NCBI GenBank assembly: GCA_977017575.1
Contig: CDRNVI010000042.1
Coordinates: 1 to 64,000 of the forward strand
Direction: 5' to 3'
From: Paramoeba atlantica
Taxonomy: Eukaryota > Protista > Discosea
DNA length: 64,000 nt
The notes below the pieces were generated by a model, which worked only from the letters and a program-made list of their open reading frames with translations, was not told where the DNA came from and did not search any database. Made by a program: the position numbers and the translations under genes. Shown piece after piece: positions 59,144-64,000 of the stretch (its first letter is position 1; each line of letters opens with the position of its first letter).

Positions 59144-59789
59144 TGCCTTCTTGCTGGCATAGTTTGGGAGTGTCGACTCTCAGCTTCAACGGTTTTAGCA
59201 CCTCAGCTGCAACGGACCAAGTCTTCTAGGGTGTTATCCCCTCGAGCGGACTTGGCTCCTCAGCTTCAACAGGCCAAACCTCAGCTTCAACGAACTCGTA
59301 TCTCTCCAAATTGTTACCCTAGCCCCGTTATCATGGGCTAGTTGCAAGCCGCAGAAAAAAAGAAAAAAGTACGTTCAAAAAAGCGTGAATGACGCCTACC
59401 CTAGGCACCGGGTATTACCGTACTCCGTGGGTGGTACGCTGTCAGTCGCGCGCAGACTTTCCCAGTGGGATGCCGCACTCGCAGATAGACAAGCAATACC
59501 TGTCAGGTTGCGTGGTCTGACTTGTCATCCGTGACTTCAATGCCCGATGGATTCGCATCCTGGGGCAAAGAAGTAGTGGAACAGTCGTTATATTCTGTTC
59601 CACCACCAGGGATGACTCACGCTAGGGTGTGTGGAGCTTGCGAGGCTCTCTCACCAGCGGGGCTCACAATGGAGCTCGACCAGTGCCCTTCACAATTTAA
59701 ATTTTTGCATATGGATACTACCCTAGTTTCTTCCGGCTTACGTTGTATGTCGGATGATGGGACTTAGCGATCCCAGCCTCCCGAGCTAA

Positions 59790-59987
59790 CTCACCCGGCG
59801 TCGCATAACAAGACGCTAAATAGCTAGGGTGAGCACGATGAAAACAATATGGACGACACTACCCGGTGCCAGCAAAACGAGGCACTAAATAATTAGGGTA
59901 GATGCCATTCCGACAATGCAGAATGGGTGGCACCGCCCGGTACCGAATATATAACAAGGTACTAAGAAACTAGGGTGGGTGCCATTC
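59790..59987 (+). ncRNA. Three tandem diverged copies of an unassigned structured motif
   Basis: NRCCC-GG-stem-loop-YYAA-RWARYT-A-GGGT at 59790-59833, 59859-59901 and 59933-59978, with covarying stems. Confidence 0.55.
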
Positions 59988-60245
59988 GGTCAAATTTTTG
60001 GAATGTGTGATGTGTTTTTTTTTATATCCACCCTCAAAAGATAGAGTGGTTTTTTTTGGTCAAGGGGCGCCTTATTTGCATTACCTAAGACGCAGGGGTA
60101 TAGCGCACCCCACCTCCCTAGCTGTAACCTAACTCCTCTCCAAGCGGAGGTCAGCCGTAGCTTGCTATGGCTGGCTCTCCGGATACGTCGCAAGACGTAT
60201 TCGGACTGCCCGTTTGGGGAGTTGAGGGGCCATAACTCTTCGGAG

Positions 60246-60848
60246 TCAAAAGGCCCAATACATCATCATCATCACCCTAGTTTCTTGGCGTCTTGTTTTG
60301 CTGACACCGGGTAGCTCCACACAAGGGGCCGGGGAGGGGAACGGCGACTGGGGGGACGGAGAAAGGGCCGGCGAAGCGGGGACGAAAGAAGGCGGCGAAA
60401 ACGGGGCGGAAATGGTGGCGGCAAAGGGAGCGGCGGAAGGGGAGGCGGGGCGAGAGGCGTGGCGGGTGGCGCGGTGGGAGCTTGGCGGTTGGCGCGGCGG
60501 GAGCGCGGCGGGGGGCGCGACAGGGGCGCGGCGGGTGGCGCGGCGGGAGCGCGGCGGGCGCGCGGCGGGTGGCGCGGCGGGGGCGCGGCGGGTGGCGCGG
60601 TGGGAGCGATGCGGGGAGCGCGGCGGCGCATGGGGTAGCTCAAGCTCCCTCCCCAAGAGGGGGGGCGAAACAGGTCGCGGGAAGGGCGACGCAGCAGGGT
60701 GGAGGGGACGGCGAAGGGGGCGGCGCTAGGGGGTGAAGTGGGCGGCGGAAGGGGGGCTTAATATCCCCAGGGGTGAAGGGGTGCATGGGGGAAATTGATT
60801 GATTTGATTATCGGTATGCAACAAGGTACAAGGTACAACAAGGTACAG
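60246..60848 (-). other. SL fragments (60819-60848) followed by a GC-rich Ala/Pro-rich repetitive reading frame
   Basis: CTGTACCTTGTTG on the minus strand; GGCGCGGCGGGT-type repeats, with a related block at 63340-63375. Confidence 0.55.
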
Positions 60849-60850
60849 GC

Positions 60851-61778
60851 AACGAATCAGTAAATGATGGCCCCGCAACGGAGGCTATGCTCAATCAGAA
60901 GACGTATCAAGAGCTGACAAAGAAAAACGAGGAGTTGGCACCTTTGGTAAAGGCGTGCAGTGAAAAGGGTAATCACGATTGGTTGCAAGGAAAAACGAGA
61001 TATATTCCATCATCTCAATTCTCTCTAATGGTGATGGCACGACTTGGTCTTGCGCACAAAAGTATACCGGACAAAATCATATGCCCTGGATGCAAAATGA
61101 TTCTCGAATCAAAACACTTTCTAGCACACTTGCTCGGTTGCGTTAAATGCACAGGCGCAAATGCGACAACGCGACATCATGCTCTCGTTCGTCATATTTA
61201 CGACCTCTGTCTTCAGACCGGAGTCCCATGCGAGCGGGAACCGAGACAATTCACTACTTATCGATGCCTGAAATGTAATGAATCGGTGAATGAACAGCGC
61301 AAACATGAACGTCAGAAAAAGTGTGGAACCGCATCATTCCATCGCAACAACAACAACAACATTCCATCGCAGCGGGCCAGACTTAGCAATTTACTGGGCG
61401 TCCGGTGAGATATTCTATGACCTCACTATCATAAATGAAATATCCAAGACGAATCTCGGTAAACGGAGCACTCAGCTAATGCAGGAAGCCGGAAAACGCA
61501 AAGTCGACACGTATGTTAACTCGGATCTAATACCTCATGAAAAATTTACATGCGTATCAATACTCGCCGGAGGAGCAATGAACAAAAGTGGCCTGGCTCT
61601 CCTGAAATCTCTGGCCGATGCTAGCGGGCGTGATCGCGATATCGTTGTGCAAGATTTCATAATGCACCTCCAGGAGTTAAACGGCACTGCTGTGTTCTCA
61701 AATGAGCAAAGCACTATCGTAGGTCAAATAGTAAATATATAGAATTATAAGATTTAGCTTACAAAGACGCGTAAGCTA
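60851..61778 (+). pseudogene. Near-identical copy of the CRE lineage B 3' part (about 32760-33660)
   Basis: Nucleotide identity by eye, including the first 3' UTR hairpin GCTTACAAAGACGCGTAAGC. Confidence 0.92.
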
Positions 61779-61779
61779 G

Positions 61780-62261
61780 AAGTATACGTTTAGAAATTTA
61801 GGATGATTGACATAATGGCCCTTCGGGGCACATAATATTTATATTATGATTTGTTTTTACAGATTGTGGCCCCGAAAGGGGCACCCGTTGTTAGATGTAA
61901 TGAGATTTATAATTTAGTAGTACTCGGGATGAAGTCATATATATTGTTTTTGTGTATAGCGACACTCCTTCTTTTACCCTTTTCAAATTGCGCCCACCCA
62001 CCAACCCCCAACCATTTCGCGGAGTTGGTGGACGGGATGCCCGTTCGTAAGTTTGAGGAGTTGTTGACTGGGTTTCTGTGATTGTTTTTATTATAATGGC
62101 CAGGTACCTTGATAATTCGTCAGATAGATATAGTTTATTGGAAACTAAAAATAGTCGGGATGATTGGACTGAAACTTTCATTGAAGCGATATATTACTAG
62201 GAAAATTGGTTTTAACATGGTTTACTTTCATTATGATGCAGGGGAGAGAAGACGTTGATTT
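61780..62261 (+). mobile_element. YR A/spacer/B2 right end of another family
   Basis: GGCCCTTCGGGGCAC hairpin; spacer 61993-62014; CCCGTTCG; ends GATTTCT. Confidence 0.72.
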
Positions 62262-62461
62262 CTTAGTTAGAACTACCCCCATACAATGGGGGGTAGCGCC
62301 AATACGAAATACTTGTAGACATTTCCAGGTTAGCGTATTTATTTATCTATTTATTTATTTATTTACTTGTAAGTTCTGTTCTAGTTATTTTTGGAGGTAG
62401 TTTCTCTCACGAGAGAAGGGGGGAAGGTGATTTTTCGCCCGTGGCTTCCTGTCATAGGATT

Positions 62462-63234
62462 TCACAGGAGAAATGCCTCCAAGAAGCGAATTCTATCTGA
62501 CGGCGGTAAGTGTAGGATACCTTGTGGACCCTCTCCTTTCCCCTCCTTATAAGAAATCTGAATCTTTATCATTCCTTTCCGTGAGGATCTTTTTACGACT
62601 TCGCCAACGGAGTGATACATCTCTTTATTCCTGCTAGATCCCCATCTCACCTCGCAAGTCGTACCTTTTCCCCATTCTCTAATAATTTGTTGGACTTGGT
62701 CAGGGGCTTTTGCGAAACATGGGTTGCTCTTGTTTTCTTCACCGTCTGTCAACATAGAATCTGATTGTGTCGCTTTTTCGTCTTCGGACTTTGAGGCGTT
62801 CGATTCATCATTTTCCGAAGTTTCTATATCGATATTTCCTCGTTCAATCCTGTTTCGCATCGTGTATCTCTTCAACTTGATGAGATTCGAATTCTTCGCT
62901 TCCAGTTGATCATGAATTTCGTGGTCAGCCCAAATTGGAGAAATGTCTTTTCCTGTGCTTTGACTGATAGCCCCAATTCGTGGTGTCTTCTTGGGTTTCG
63001 GTGCGGTCTCACTTTTATTGTAGCTCGGCTCGCTGATTCTGGTGTTCGGAGAAGCGCTACAGCGTCCTTCGCTACAATCATCCTTCCGGGTAGCCTGCAG
63101 AAGATTTCCCGATGTCGCCCCGATGTCGTCCGTGAAGTGTTTTCCAAATCTCGCTTGACGAGCGAACATGTTTAAGTAATCTCAATAAATATTCAACAAC
63201 AAGGTACATAAACTGTATCTTTATCGTTAAAGAT
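62462..63234 (-). pseudogene. SL (63197-63234, one mismatch) plus the N-terminal part of a CRE-like ORF
   Basis: ATG at 63169; KAPDQVQQIIREWGKGTTCEVRW...LHLPPSDRIRF. Confidence 0.82.
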
Positions 63235-63599
63235 TACCTTACCGTGGATGTATAATGGATACTACCCTAGTTTCTTGACGTCTTGTTATGCTGACACCGG
63301 GTAGCTCCATACTCGGAGAATGCGGTGGGGAGAGCTACGGGTGGCGCGGCGGGTGGCGCGGCGGGTGGCGCGGCGGCAAAAACGATAGAATCTACCTCCA
63401 AAAGTAAAACTTCAACAAGGTAGCCCTCTAATGCTCCGGTAGATAGCGCAACTAAAAAACAAGTAAGCAGCTCAAGATCGAAAACTCAGGCGTGATAGCT
63501 CTCCAGACTACGAAGTGAGAACTTCCTCAATGGCCTTGTCAAAATTGGATGTTAATGCCTCAGTCGCGGTTTGGTTATACACGACACCAACCTAGTATA

Positions 63600-63762
63600 C
63601 ACCAACCCTAGTATACACGCATGTGATAAGTTCGCCTTACGTTTACACATTTTGCCAGCAATTGGGTGACACATTGTTTGCTCCCATGAGTTTGAGTCTC
63701 CTGAAAATGGCATCGTGCTTTTTGAATGTGCTTAATAGTTTCCCACTAACAACAAGGTACAG
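63600..63762 (-). pseudogene. SL fragment (63750-63762) joined to an internal CRE RT fragment
   Basis: CTGTACCTTGTTG, then SGKLLSTFKKHDAIFRRLKLMG...KCVNVRRTYHMRV. Confidence 0.75.
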
Positions 63763-64000
63763 GTACATATGAAAACATACTACAGGTTCTTCAAGATATC
63801 AAAACCTTGAAAACTTGTGAAAGTAATCTGCGTATTCAATTTAGTTCAATACACATGAATATTTCAGCACGTAAACCATAATATTTTATTATATACCAAG
63901 GAAAATGTTTATATCCACGTTTAAAAACTTTTTAATTTTAAAAAGGGAGGCTATTGAAGTAGTTTCCCATTCGTTAGTACTGTGAGAAAATGAATTATAG

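Noticed and set aside
57041-59341. Long ORFs of IKIVTL / NKNCYL / KVTIFI repeats
   Set aside because: They are by-products of a stop-free 18-bp array; there is no evidence of coding.
59826-59980. Telomeric repeats (TAGGGT) suggesting a TATE-like telomere insertion
   Set aside because: Only isolated hexamers inside the motif stem; there is no TTAGGG array anywhere in the window.
59790-59987. Assignment of the motif to HDV-like, twister or pistol ribozymes, or to a Helitron 3' end
   Set aside because: The required partners (P2/P3, the twister P4/T1, the pistol pseudoknot) are not found. CTAG is followed by conserved GGT that pairs upstream, not by a T target site. Kept as unassigned.
2719-63175. 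Most 60-150 aa ORFs in the track that lie antisense to or overlap retroelement genes
   Set aside because: No recognisable motifs; expected as shadows of long ORFs or low-complexity sequence.

Overview
Eukaryotic retroelement mosaic with no ordinary housekeeping gene recognised. It is most likely from a kinetoplastid-like euglenozoan: nine full or partial copies of a spliced-leader (SL)-like sequence containing the trypanosomatid core GATACAGTTTCTGTAC are present. Three retroelement classes dominate. (1) Several families of VIPER/TATE-like tyrosine-recombinase (YR) retrotransposons (gag-YR-RT/RNaseH, split direct repeats); two near-complete copies lie at 14399-19777 and 20737-25161. (2) At least three lineages of CRE-like non-LTR elements (RT plus restriction-like endonuclease). 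(3) One apparently full-length APE-RT-RNaseH LINE (52439-59143, 16-bp target-site duplication) whose 5' end is an 18-bp tandem array. There is also a 2.4-kb 10-mer microsatellite and a 210-bp repeat. Main leads: a shared Tudor/SH3-like N-terminal module in all three element classes; YxDG reverse transcriptases; gag and YR in frame across a single stop codon in 4 of 4 families; a TTCT recombination core with reconstructable empty sites; conserved cis-structures in the split repeats; SL trans-splicing inside the A repeat; and a covarying unassigned RNA motif in six copies. Many junctions look chimeric (short duplications, poly(A), SL ends), so long-range order may be an assembly artefact or RT template jumping. 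All analysis was by eye; no database searches or folding programs were run, and fragment boundaries are approximate.
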